The notes under the pieces: model-generated | Told to the model about the DNA's origin: nothing | Seen by the model: the letters and a program-made list of their open reading frames with translations, nothing else | The model's database searches: none | Source: Nitrospirota bacterium | GTDB lineage: Bacteria > Nitrospirota > UBA9217 | Reading direction: 5' to 3' | Assembly: GCA_963790205.1 (NCBI GenBank) | Contig: CAWBNQ010000001.1 | Coordinates: 192,001 to 256,000 of the forward strand | DNA: 64,000 nt | Made by a program: the position numbers and the translations under genes | Shown here: positions 21,331 to 29,728 of the stretch, in pieces | Layout of the letters: every line of letters starts with the position of its first letter | Numbering within the stretch: position 1 is the stretch's first letter

Positions 21331-22179
21331 CTATATGAGATATGTCTTTCCCTTCTTCCTGATAAATCCTTCCTGTTGCAGATCCGCGAGGTTCTTCTTC
21401 ACCCGCTCCGTATCCATGCCCGACCTCTTCACGATCTGCGCGGGTGTAAGCGGCGCCCCGGCAACGAGTATTTTGAGTACCCTCCCGCGCACCTGACGGT
21501 TGGAATTCTCGAACGGGCTTTGGCGCGCATAGTGGACGCTCCGTTGGTTGGGATTGATCTGCTCTTGCTTGAGCATGGTCCCGTAGTCCATGAGGGCATT
21601 ATACCATTTCCGCGGCTTCCCGGTGTCCAGCGTCTGCAGGACGAGCGGGACCAGTTCCTCGTCATGAATGCCGTCCCGGTCAGGAAAGAATTCATGGATA
21701 TAAACGCGCCTGATATTGGTATCCATAAAAACCACGGGCTTGTTAAAGGCAAAAGCCGCGATTGCGCCGGCAGTGTATTTGCCGATGCCCGGAAGGGCAA
21801 GAAGCTTTTCAGGTTCAGACGGCAGCTTGCCGCGATGATCATCAACGACCTTTTGCGCGAGCGCCCGGAGCGCGAGGGCCCGGCGGTTATAGCCCATGCC
21901 CTGCCAGATGAGAAGGAGTTTCGTGAGCGGCGCCCGCGCGAGCGAGGGAAAGTCGGGAAACGCGGCAAGGAACTCCCAATACTTTTCGAGCACGCGCCCA
22001 ACCTGCGTCTGCTGAAGCATCACTTCCGAGACCAGCACCCGGTAGGGATTGAGGTTCTTTCGCCAGGGCAGGTCCCGGCCTTCTTTGTCGTAGTAAGCGT
22101 AAACCTTTTTTCGAAATGCGCGGATTTGAGCCGGGGTCAGTTTCTTTTTGATGCTGATCCTCGTAGTCTTCTTATCCAT
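21331..22179 (-). CDS. mutY: MutY-like A/G adenine glycosylase (HhH-GPD) lacking the Fe-S cysteines
   Basis: RDLPWR, VSEVMLQQTQV, WQGMGYNRRA, LPGIGKYTA and DTNIRRV motifs. Confidence 0.85.
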   Translation of the reverse strand: MDKKTTRISIKKKLTPAQIRAFRKKVYAYYDKEGRDLPWRKNLNPYRVLVSEVMLQQTQVGRVLEKYWEFLAAFPDFPSLARAPLTKLLLIWQGMGYNRRALALRALAQKVVDDHRGKLPSEPEKLLALPGIGKYTAGAIAAFAFNKPVVFMDTNIRRVYIHEFFPDRDGIHDEELVPLVLQTLDTGKPRKWYNALMDYGTMLKQEQINPNQRSVHYARQSPFENSNRQVRGRVLKILVAGAPLTPAQIVKRSGMDTERVKKNLADLQQEGFIRKKGKTYLI

Positions 22180-22382
22180 AAAATGATGCCGGCAAAAGTC
22201 AACTTTCTGCAAAATGAGAAATAAGATTTACCGCGAAGTCGCGAAGTACGCGAAGAAAAGCTTTATAGAAACAGAACGTCTTTGCAAGCCGAAGGCGAAG
22301 CAATCTCGTTTTAAACATCAAACATGCTTAATCATTATTTTCCTGATGTGAAAGAAGATGATCTCGTAATAGGCCATAATCC

Positions 22383-22501
22383 ACCGCAGAGACGTACCCT
22401 GCACTCGCGCTGAGCACTCGTCAACGCTGGGCACAGGCAGAGGCGCAGAGAAAATCCTTATCATGAAAATGTCTTTCTCCGTGTCTCCGCGCCTCTGCGG
22501 T
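22383..22501. repeat. Intergenic 9-nt-periodic palindrome, same family as 4512-4603
   Basis: accgcagagacg...cagaggcgcagag and ctccgtgtctccgcgcctctgcggt arms. Confidence 0.6.
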
Positions 22502-22540
22502 TAAAAAATGACTTTTAAAAAGTCCATCAGAAAGGGACGC

Positions 22541-23194
22541 TTATTTTTTTCTCAAGAGCACATACAGAGCGCCCAGGCCGCCGTCGCACTGGCGCGCGGT
22601 CACGTAGGCGATGATGTCTTTGCGGAAATGGCCGGACAATCTTCTAACGACCGCGTGCTTCAGCCGGGCGCCCTTGACCGAGCGAAGGCCGCGGCCGTGG
22701 ATGATCTTGACGCAGCTAAAGCCTTTTTTCAGGGAACCAGTTATGAACTCGTCGAGTTCTTCCTCTGCTTCGGAAACAGTGCACCCGTGAAGATCGAGAC
22801 CTGCCTGGACCGAAAACCGCCCCTCGTGCAGGCTCCGGATGATGTCGTCGCGAAACTCGGGATGGATCCACTCGACATACTCCTGCGTGTCCGGCAGATG
22901 GATCGGCTGCAGCCCTTCCGTGATATTTTTCAGTTCCGCAAGCGCTTCCCGATCAGGGTCGCGGGGCGCTGCTGCCGTTTTGCTCGTCCGCGGACGGGGA
23001 GCGCAGGCAAGGGAACGGAATTCCTCGATCACCAGCACGTCGCCCATCTCGCGGCTGAAAAGCTCTTCGTCGGTGTAGTCCTCTTTCTTCTTCTGGCGCG
23101 GAGGCAAGGGCGCAGCAGCAGCCTCGCGCTGCTCCAGTGTCTTGCGGAGCTTGTCAAAAGGACGGACCGAGAATGTCGCCTTCTTATTGCTCAT
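22541..23194 (-). CDS. Smr/MutS2-domain protein
   Basis: LDLHG, IIHGRGLRS and DGGLGALYVLL motifs. Confidence 0.9.
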   Translation of the reverse strand: MSNKKATFSVRPFDKLRKTLEQREAAAAPLPPRQKKKEDYTDEELFSREMGDVLVIEEFRSLACAPRPRTSKTAAAPRDPDREALAELKNITEGLQPIHLPDTQEYVEWIHPEFRDDIIRSLHEGRFSVQAGLDLHGCTVSEAEEELDEFITGSLKKGFSCVKIIHGRGLRSVKGARLKHAVVRRLSGHFRKDIIAYVTARQCDGGLGALYVLLRKK

Positions 23195-23432
23195 GCGGAA
23201 TTATACCCCACTCATCGCCAGGAGGCTACAGGGTTTTGAGTGGAGCCCCCTCTGGCAGGAGCCGGAGGCTCCCTCGAATAACGCGACCTCCCGGAACTGC
23301 GCACTCGCGCCTGCGCGGCACATTCGAGCCACGCGCGAGTAAGCGCTTTCCACCCCGGCAGGAGCCGGGGGATGCCAAGGCGCGGGATAACTGACTGTTA
23401 AGTGACGGGAATCCCGGGCAAGGTATGGGAAC

Positions 23433-23460
23433 TTGCGATATTGAAAATCTGTGCTATACT
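23433..23460 (+). promoter_or_regulatory. Putative sigma70 promoter
   Basis: TTGCGA-16nt-TATACT with extended -10 TGn; precedes the candidate ncRNA. Confidence 0.5.
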
Positions 23461-23494
23461 TCCAAGCAGGTATACATGATCTATTGAAATGACC

Positions 23495-23668
23495 GGTTTG
23501 CCTTGAGTTTTGAGGGGTAGAGGTACCGTAGTAGACAGAGCGCTTCCATGCATCATGCGGTGTGCAAGCCCTCACCAGCCACAGAGAGGGAAGCCTAAAG
23601 CATCTGCTGAGGCAAATACTTTGGAATCAGCCTCGCAAACGCTCAAAACTCAAGGCAGAACTTTTTCC
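23495..23668 (+). ncRNA. Candidate structured ncRNA (long rod; 6S-like geometry, identity unconfirmed)
   Basis: Perfect 16-bp closing stem 23499-23514/23642-23657, nested inner helices, 3' T-run, upstream promoter, no credible ORF. Confidence 0.45.
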
Positions 23669-23915
23669 TTCCTTTGTCAGCCTCTCCTTATGATGTGACC
23701 ATCAAATCGATCTTTTCTCTTCACGCAATTTCAACAACAACGTCCCTCTCTCAGAACACTTTTTGCAACGACGTTCCGCCTGCAAACTCCCGGGTAATTT
23801 TCACATTTATTATTCGATGATATTTTCCCTGTACAACTCGGTAAATTCACCCAATCGTGCCCCTTTTTTCAAAACAAGACGCAATAAGTCCTTGAAAAGG
23901 CTCCTTTCCTTTTTT

Positions 23916-23931
23916 TGGCACATTCAATGCA
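23916..23931 (+). promoter_or_regulatory. Sigma54 (-24/-12) promoter
   Basis: TGGCAC-attca-ATGCA with canonical GG/GC spacing, just upstream of two small ORFs. Confidence 0.65.
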
Positions 23932-23964
23932 TTATATACAAGCAGAGAAAGGCGGTGATGCTCT

Positions 23965-24168
23965 ATGGATGCTAAAAAGAGTGCCGCTGTCGGGACCAAT
24001 GAGCAGAAGGAGGAGCTGAGAAACATATTGAGTGAAAGTCCTCTCTACCTTGATATGTCGTTTCTTGAGAGAGAGAACTTCGTGCGGTATCTTGCCGCTA
24101 TCTTTTTACATCAGAAACCGGGGGAAGATGCCGTCCTGCACATGGTACGAGAGAGGAGGCGCGTATGA
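23965..24168 (+). CDS. Small hypothetical protein
   Basis: RBS-like aaggcggtg; overlaps the next ORF by ATGA. Confidence 0.55.
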   Translation: MDAKKSAAVGTNEQKEELRNILSESPLYLDMSFLERENFVRYLAAIFLHQKPGEDAVLHMVRERRRV

Positions 24169-24350
24169 CACGGTACAGGATCATATGTCCCGATTGCGGG
24201 GCGATCGTTATTACGGAAACCCGTCTCTCTGCTTTATTGGAAAACTGTCCGAAGTGCAAGCACCATATATGGGACATGTATGACGCGCTCCTGGCGGACC
24301 TTTACTCGCCGGAATCAGATGAGGTGGTCGGCCTGAATATGAGGGCCTAG
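24165..24350 (+). CDS. Small zinc-ribbon protein
   Basis: CPDC...CPKC; RBS gaggagg; ATGA coupling. Confidence 0.65.
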   Translation: MTRYRIICPDCGAIVITETRLSALLENCPKCKHHIWDMYDALLADLYSPESDEVVGLNMRA

Positions 24351-24467
24351 AAATAAAAGGCGCGCAAGAAGGATGGGTTAAGAAGTGAGAAGTTAAATTT
24401 CATAATTCTTAACTCGTAATTCTTACTTGAGGTAACTCATCCTTCAAACTTCCCCTTCAGCCTTCTG

Positions 24468-24995
24468 CTATGCACCGGTAAGATTTTCCCGTTCATAGGC
24501 CATTACCCGCGCACGCTCCTCCGCCACCGACAGCGATTCAAGGAACTTCTGCATCGCAACCGCGTCAGGAAAAGAGGCCGGGATCAGGGCGTCCGGGACG
24601 CAGACCTTCAGGACCGTCCTCACGAGATCCATCACGCTGAATTCGAGGAGTTCGCGAATTTGATCGGGTTTAGCCCGTTCGAGCCGGAGAGGACGTTCAT
24701 GATACCATCCCTCGCCGTGGGGGGTGATGGGGGCCGAGTCGCCATTCTGCGCTTTTGTCACGCTCATGCCCTGTTTGGCCGCAAACCGGGACACATGCGT
24801 GCGGAGCAGCTGGATCCCCCTGACTGACGGATTGGAGCAGATGCCGCCCTTTCTCCAGGAGAGCCGGCAGAACCGGGAGAGATTGATCCCGCAGCAGAAC
24901 AGGAACCGGTCCCGGCCCGGTCCCGGTTCCTCACGGATCACGACATACAGGAAAGCGTTCTTATATTCGAACGAACGGATCGGCGCGGACTTCAT
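24468..24995 (-). CDS. Hypothetical protein
   Basis: RBS aagga; uninterrupted 175-codon ORF. Confidence 0.55.
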   Translation of the reverse strand: MKSAPIRSFEYKNAFLYVVIREEPGPGRDRFLFCCGINLSRFCRLSWRKGGICSNPSVRGIQLLRTHVSRFAAKQGMSVTKAQNGDSAPITPHGEGWYHERPLRLERAKPDQIRELLEFSVMDLVRTVLKVCVPDALIPASFPDAVAMQKFLESLSVAEERARVMAYERENLTGA

Positions 24996-25081
24996 GATCA
25001 GATTCCTTTCTTTATTAATTGTCACGGTGCGTACCGCAGTATAATAATAAATTCCGGGACGATTCGCAATCTATTTGAGAC

Positions 25082-25387
25082 CCTTGATTCCCATCTCCCG
25101 ATTCCAAGCGAGATGGTACGACAATGAGTCTACGCATTCCCCTTGATTCCCGTCTCCGCGGTCATTGATTCCCCTCGCCTGTTTCTCAGTGCGAGGGTAC
25201 TACAAAGCGTCTAAGCCTCTCCTTGATTCCCCTCGCATGTTCCTCAGTGCGAGGGTACTACAAGGAGTCTACGCCTTACCCAGCGAGATGGTACGACAAT
25301 GGGTCTAGGCATCAGATTGAGCAGATTGAGGGTCATGAGCAGATTGAGATTGAGGGTCCTGAGATTGAGGGTCGGGTCTTTACTGTT
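25082..25387. repeat. Array of degenerate ~57-bp hairpin units followed by gattgag(ggtc) short repeats
   Basis: Repeated ccttgattcc-[stem-loop]-gtacnacaa...gtctangc units; ends in the REP-like agggtcgggtctttactgtt. Confidence 0.7.
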
Positions 25388-25985
25388 ACTTCCCGAGCTT
25401 GTACCCCCTATAGCCGCTGACATCCCTGTGGCGCGTCGGATCTTCCTTGTTTTCCTTCTCAAAATCAGCCTTAGCTTCCCTGAGGTCTTTCTCTGACAAG
25501 TCCTTGCCCGGTTTCTGGGTGTCATAGACATAATACGTGGCTTCCCTGATCTCCCTCTTTGCTTCTTCAAGGGTCATGGGAGCATAATGCGTCGTCACAT
25601 TATGGTAGCCTGGGTGTATCGCTTGATCCAGGAAGTATATCCTGCCGGCCTCAAACCTCATGCGCGCCGTATCTTTATTGCCGGCATCGGCGACCAGGTA
25701 ATGCGTACCCGGAACGACAGCGGTCATAAAGTAGCTTTTCCCCTGCGTCTGACCGATCAGCTTCCCGTCGAGATAATTGCTGACTACGGCGCCCCATCCG
25801 AATGACGTTGTCCGTATGATAACCAGCACGGCTTTGTCCGGCTTCGCAGCGAGCGCCGGCTTGGCGCCTTTCGCGATCATGTTCGTCCCGGCAACGCAGG
25901 CGCTCAGAAGAAAGAGCATGGTTACCAATGCAGACCCGAAGGGCCGTTTCGACGGAAACTTCTTCGATGCGGATAGCATGTTCAT
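25386..25985 (-). CDS. Probable lipoprotein, DUF2846-like
   Basis: Lipobox LLSAC; YLDGKLIG...YF...V.PG.H...F.AG..YF pattern. Confidence 0.65.
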   Translation of the reverse strand: MNMLSASKKFPSKRPFGSALVTMLFLLSACVAGTNMIAKGAKPALAAKPDKAVLVIIRTTSFGWGAVVSNYLDGKLIGQTQGKSYFMTAVVPGTHYLVADAGNKDTARMRFEAGRIYFLDQAIHPGYHNVTTHYAPMTLEEAKREIREATYYVYDTQKPGKDLSEKDLREAKADFEKENKEDPTRHRDVSGYRGYKLGK

Positions 25986-26012
25986 GATATTTCCTCCCTT
26001 TCAGACCTGATC

Positions 26013-26138
26013 CTAAGATGTTCCTTTGGATCCGCTTTTTGGTTGTTTATTCTGCTGATCTCTTAGATCTTGCGCGTGTTTGATCTCCTTCTGTTTATGG
26101 TCCTTGTCCTTGTTCTTTTTGCCGCCTTTGTCTCCCAT
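26013..26138 (-). CDS. Small Lys-rich protein (41 aa)
   Basis: Strong RBS aggagg; MGDKGGKKNKDK... Confidence 0.5.
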   Translation of the reverse strand: MGDKGGKKNKDKDHKQKEIKHAQDLRDQQNKQPKSGSKGTS

Positions 26139-26278
26139 GAAGAGCCTCCTTTGGTGTTGATTGTCATATTTTTGCCTCGAGAACCTCTGTCCTTCATAGT
26201 AAATGCTAGCAGAAGTACGAGCCGAAGGCAAGGGCGAGATAGGCGAGAAGTAAGCTTATCAAGGCAAAAGGGACAAAG

Positions 26279-26473
26279 TCAAACATTAAATGACCCTAAG
26301 ATGTTCGGGCAGTAGGCGTGGCAGATCCAGTTGTAGCGTTTGTTGACATGCTGGAGAGTGTTTAAAAAGTTGATCCGGTCCTGGTCGCTCTTGAACACAG
26401 CCTTCTTTTCATTGCCGCGGGAAGTGATATGATAAACAGCACCGGCGTACTCTATGCGGAGAGGACGGGCCAT
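26279..26473 (-). pseudogene. REP-associated tyrosine transposase (RAYT, Y1 HUH family), N-terminal fragment
   Basis: MARPLRIEYAGAVYHITSRGN...HAYC, then breaks off before the HUH motif; TTGACA-17-TATTTT promoter just upstream. Confidence 0.85.
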
Positions 26474-26519
26474 AATGGCTGGAAAATAGCAGGGGAAAAG
26501 GCCAATGTCAACAGTAAAG

Positions 26520-26648
26520 GGGCTGTTGCCCAAACTATTTTTTGTCACCCTGAGCAAAGTGAAGGGTCTGCAATCATATTGTAAATGCGAGATTCTTCGC
26601 TGCGCTCAGAATGACATTTTGGGCGCAAAGTGATTTGGGCAACAGCCC
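26520..26648. mobile_element. 129-bp MITE with IS1182-type ends
   Basis: Terminal IRs gggctgttgcccaaa/tttgggcaacagccc identical to the IS at 27447-29045; 6-bp direct repeat GTAAAG at 26514-26519 and 26649-26654. Confidence 0.9.
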
Positions 26649-26654
26649 GTAAAG

Positions 26655-26959
26655 ACCTGACCCTGATATGGTTGCTCCCTCGTAAAACCGATCTTCGCGA
26701 AACGCCTGTGGTAATAAGCTCCGTCTCCGCTATAGTCCGGATGCCGGAAAGGATGATGAAACCCTCTTGCCTTCCAGTATCGCACGCCGTCCTCAAGGTA
26801 CGAGATGATTTCCGAGAAGCAGCGTTGCGTATCTATTTTTTGATCGTAGTTTGCATCGAGCCCAAAGAACAAGAATTTGGCAGACGCAGGATCTGCACCT
26901 TGATAGGGTTTATGCGAGAAAAGCTCGTGGAGCTCGATATTTTGATGCCGGGAATACAT
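26655..26959 (-). pseudogene. Truncated hypothetical protein
   Basis: ORF ...PYQGADP...GLDANY...HHPF...GDG..YH..F runs into the REP-like motif and MITE. Confidence 0.5.
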
Positions 26960-27093
26960 GCTGTATTTCTTTGAGGCCAATGTCAATATTAAGAACTTTG
27001 CCTTAAGAGGCCTTCTTATATTTCAAGACCTGACCCTAGTGACCTCTATCAGTTCTCACAGCCCAACTTGGCATTTTAATCTCCGCTCTTGAA

Positions 27094-27320
27094 TTAACTA
27101 TTTAATTCCCGTATTCCGGAAGGCGACAACACGGCTAGCTTCATTTTGCCATTGGCACGTAATCTATTGGCTGCCCATCTGACATCATATTGCCACGTAT
27201 AAAACAGATCGCCTGAGCTTCGCAATTCAGTCTCATGGGTTTCTCAAATCCCTTTACATATATCCGCGATTCTTCCTTTGCCTGATACAGCCAATCCTGT
27301 AAGCCAAGACGAGAAGCCAT
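27094..27320 (-). pseudogene. Degraded small protein, Mrr-N-like winged-helix type
   Basis: RBS ggagg; MASRLGLQDWL..., frameshift and stop, then ELRSSGDLFYTWQYDVRWAANRLR. Confidence 0.5.
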
Positions 27321-27446
27321 TTAAACCTCCTTTCTAAACACTACATATAAATAGCTAATAGAGGCAAGAATCAATGAAGTCAGGAGCATTACCCGCGCCT
27401 ATTGATGATCCTGTTTATCTAATAACCATGGGTGTCAAATCTTCAC

Positions 27447-29045
27447 GGGCTGTTGCCCAAAGGACTTCCCGCGAACGATCAAGCGCCTTGATGCGTAAAG
27501 AGGTCTAAGCTAATGACGGGCAATATCGGTTCTGTCTCAAGGGAATATGCAAAATGAGCGATCCGAAAGCCTTTGCCACTGTTCTTTGAACAACGAGCAG
27601 CCGTACCGCAGCTGCTTTCTTCGGCTTGGAAGCATGCGCTATTAGCACTTGCATGTTCTGGATGGCACAGGTCATATATTCCTGGACCCGCATTCGCCAA
27701 AGGCCTCGCCAGCGTGCTTGATCGAAGCCGTATCGGGTGCCCCTGGCAAAGGATCGCTCCATCAGGTGTTGTCTGGTTTTGATGTCGTACCGTGCATTGG
27801 CTGATCGACTGATTGCACGCATGCGCTCCAGAACATTCTGCCGGAGATGACGCTTGATCGTTCGGCCGGACTTGTTTTTCGTGCATTGCTCTCTAAGCTG
27901 GCACGCTGCGCAGACTTTCCTGGGCGCTGCGTAATCCCGGCTTTGTCTGGCTATATGCAGCGACTTCGGCTTGAGCTGAGTTCCTGCCGGGCACATATAG
28001 GAGTCGGTGGCAGGATCATAGGAAAATCTATCTTCCATAAAGATGTCGGTTTTCGCTATGCGATTGATCGCCACGTCTCGTAAATCCGGGATATGCGCCT
28101 TTATGCCCTTGTCATGGCAGGCAAGGAAGTTGTCGATCGTTCCGTACTTACTGTCCGCAACAACCGTTTCGGCCTCGACTTCCGTTGTTGCGTGGTGTTG
28201 CTCAAGCAGCGAAAGCATCAGATGGGCTTCGTTCACATCGCCGGGCGCTACGTCGGTTGCAGTGATGATTTCTTTTTTACCGTCAACGGCCCGATGCACT
28301 TGGTAGGAAAGTTTGGATTTCCCCCGGTTCACCAGGGCCGCGTCCGGGTCGGTGGTGGAGATATAGCGGTTGTTCTTTTTTTCGTAGGTCCTGGAAGGAT
28401 CAGTGCTTTCGGTGCGTTCTTCCAAGCGGGCTTCCAGCTTTTTATAATTTTTGTGCAACTGATGTTTCAGGTTCCGGGTATCGAGAACCGAACTGTTGGA
28501 GGCATTTGCATCCACCAGACTGGAGTCGACGAAGATCTTGCGGCCGTCAATAAGACCGGCTTCCGCGCACTGCAGAACAATACGTTCGAAGAACCTTTGA
28601 AAAACATCGAGGCCCCATTTTTTGCGGGCCTTGGATAGCACGCTATGGTTGGGAATTTCAGAATCAAGGTCATACCCGAGAAACCAGAGCCAATCCATAC
28701 GCTCTGGCAGGGTGTCCATCAGCTCCCGCTCCGAGCGGACATTATAAAAGATCAGGAGTAGCATCAGTTTCAGGATAATTGGTGGTGGCACTGAAACGTT
28801 GCCGTTGTTGCCGTACAAGTCCTTGACTTCGTCATAGGCGAAGTTGAAATCGATCAGCGTATTGACTTTTCTCAAAGGATGGTTCTCACGAACCCGTTTT
28901 TCTATATTGATGCCGATATAGAACAAGCTGCTTTGAGGCGGTTGCTGCAATCCCATCATGGCTATTGGCTCCTGATGTCGTGATTGACGTCGCAGCAATA
29001 TAGCATTACTGAGTGGCTTTCTCAATATCATTTGGGCAACAGCCC
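27447..29045 (-). mobile_element. IS1182-family insertion sequence
   Basis: 15-bp perfect terminal IRs flanking one transposase; no target duplication visible. Confidence 0.9.
27505..28959 (-). CDS. IS1182-family DDE transposase
   Basis: HPLR..., SERELM, PNHSVLS, VDSSLVDANAS, TDPDA, VADSKYG, CPAG...C..C..REQC and ERSFA motifs. Confidence 0.92.
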   Translation of the reverse strand: MMGLQQPPQSSLFYIGINIEKRVRENHPLRKVNTLIDFNFAYDEVKDLYGNNGNVSVPPPIILKLMLLLIFYNVRSERELMDTLPERMDWLWFLGYDLDSEIPNHSVLSKARKKWGLDVFQRFFERIVLQCAEAGLIDGRKIFVDSSLVDANASNSSVLDTRNLKHQLHKNYKKLEARLEERTESTDPSRTYEKKNNRYISTTDPDAALVNRGKSKLSYQVHRAVDGKKEIITATDVAPGDVNEAHLMLSLLEQHHATTEVEAETVVADSKYGTIDNFLACHDKGIKAHIPDLRDVAINRIAKTDIFMEDRFSYDPATDSYMCPAGTQLKPKSLHIARQSRDYAAPRKVCAACQLREQCTKNKSGRTIKRHLRQNVLERMRAISRSANARYDIKTRQHLMERSFARGTRYGFDQARWRGLWRMRVQEYMTCAIQNMQVLIAHASKPKKAAAVRLLVVQRTVAKAFGSLILHIPLRQNRYCPSLA

Positions 29046-29728
29046 GTAGATGGATGACCCTGAAGGCGTCGTTGTTCAAAAGCGAGAACGAACATTTCTG
29101 CTTCCTTGCCAAGCTCTCCCTGACGGGCCAATTGGCTTTTTAGTTCTGAAAGTGTGAGCTTTCTCTTCGAGCTCATACTGCTCTCTTTTAGAGAATCTAC
29201 GACCAAAATCTGGAAAAGTTCGGAGGAATTCTGGCTGACGAATAGATTGTTTGATCTTAGTAGGGTATCCCTTTCAAAAAACCCGACCGATATCAACAGG
29301 TTTCTTATGGCAAAGAATCGAAGTGGGATAAGACTTCCCTTAACATAGAAGCAGTTTCTTCCGATATCAAATCTTAAGGCGTCCGGATTGATAAAATCAG
29401 CTATAGCGCCATCGCGCCTCAACGATAGGAAAAGACCTTTAATGAAATCACCCTGTTCAAGGTAATTATGTTGATTATCGATTTTAGCTGGTTCGAAAAG
29501 ATCGGTGTTTATTGAAACGATGTCATCGGATATAGTGATGAATGTCATGAACTCCAGCAGCTTCAACATCCCGACGAAAGATCTACTTATCGAGAAGTGG
29601 TTCGAGGCGCAGTACTTCTTGAGGTCGGATACATTTTGATTCCTGGATAAAGGAAGAGCCTTGAAAATCAAGAACAGTAACTCTTCCTTGCTACCGAGGC
29701 TATCATATTTGAGAAGATCTTCTAACAT
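29046..29728 (-). pseudogene. Probable DUF3883/NO-VEIN-type nuclease gene, truncated by IS1182
   Basis: Ends GELGKEAEMFVLAFEQRRL, resembling the helix that opens DUF3883 domains, directly at the IS end; overlaps the SNF2 gene. Confidence 0.6.

Noticed and set aside
23390..23435. Cobalamin riboswitch (gggaa...actg-like words)
   Set aside because: Conserved elements are not in the right order and no B12-related gene follows
25082..25380. CRISPR array
   Set aside because: Units are degenerate and of uneven length, the would-be spacers repeat each other, and there are no cas genes in the window
28960..29112. N-terminal extension of the IS1182 transposase in the ORF track
   Set aside because: It crosses the IS terminal repeat at 29045; the ATG at 28959 has its own RBS
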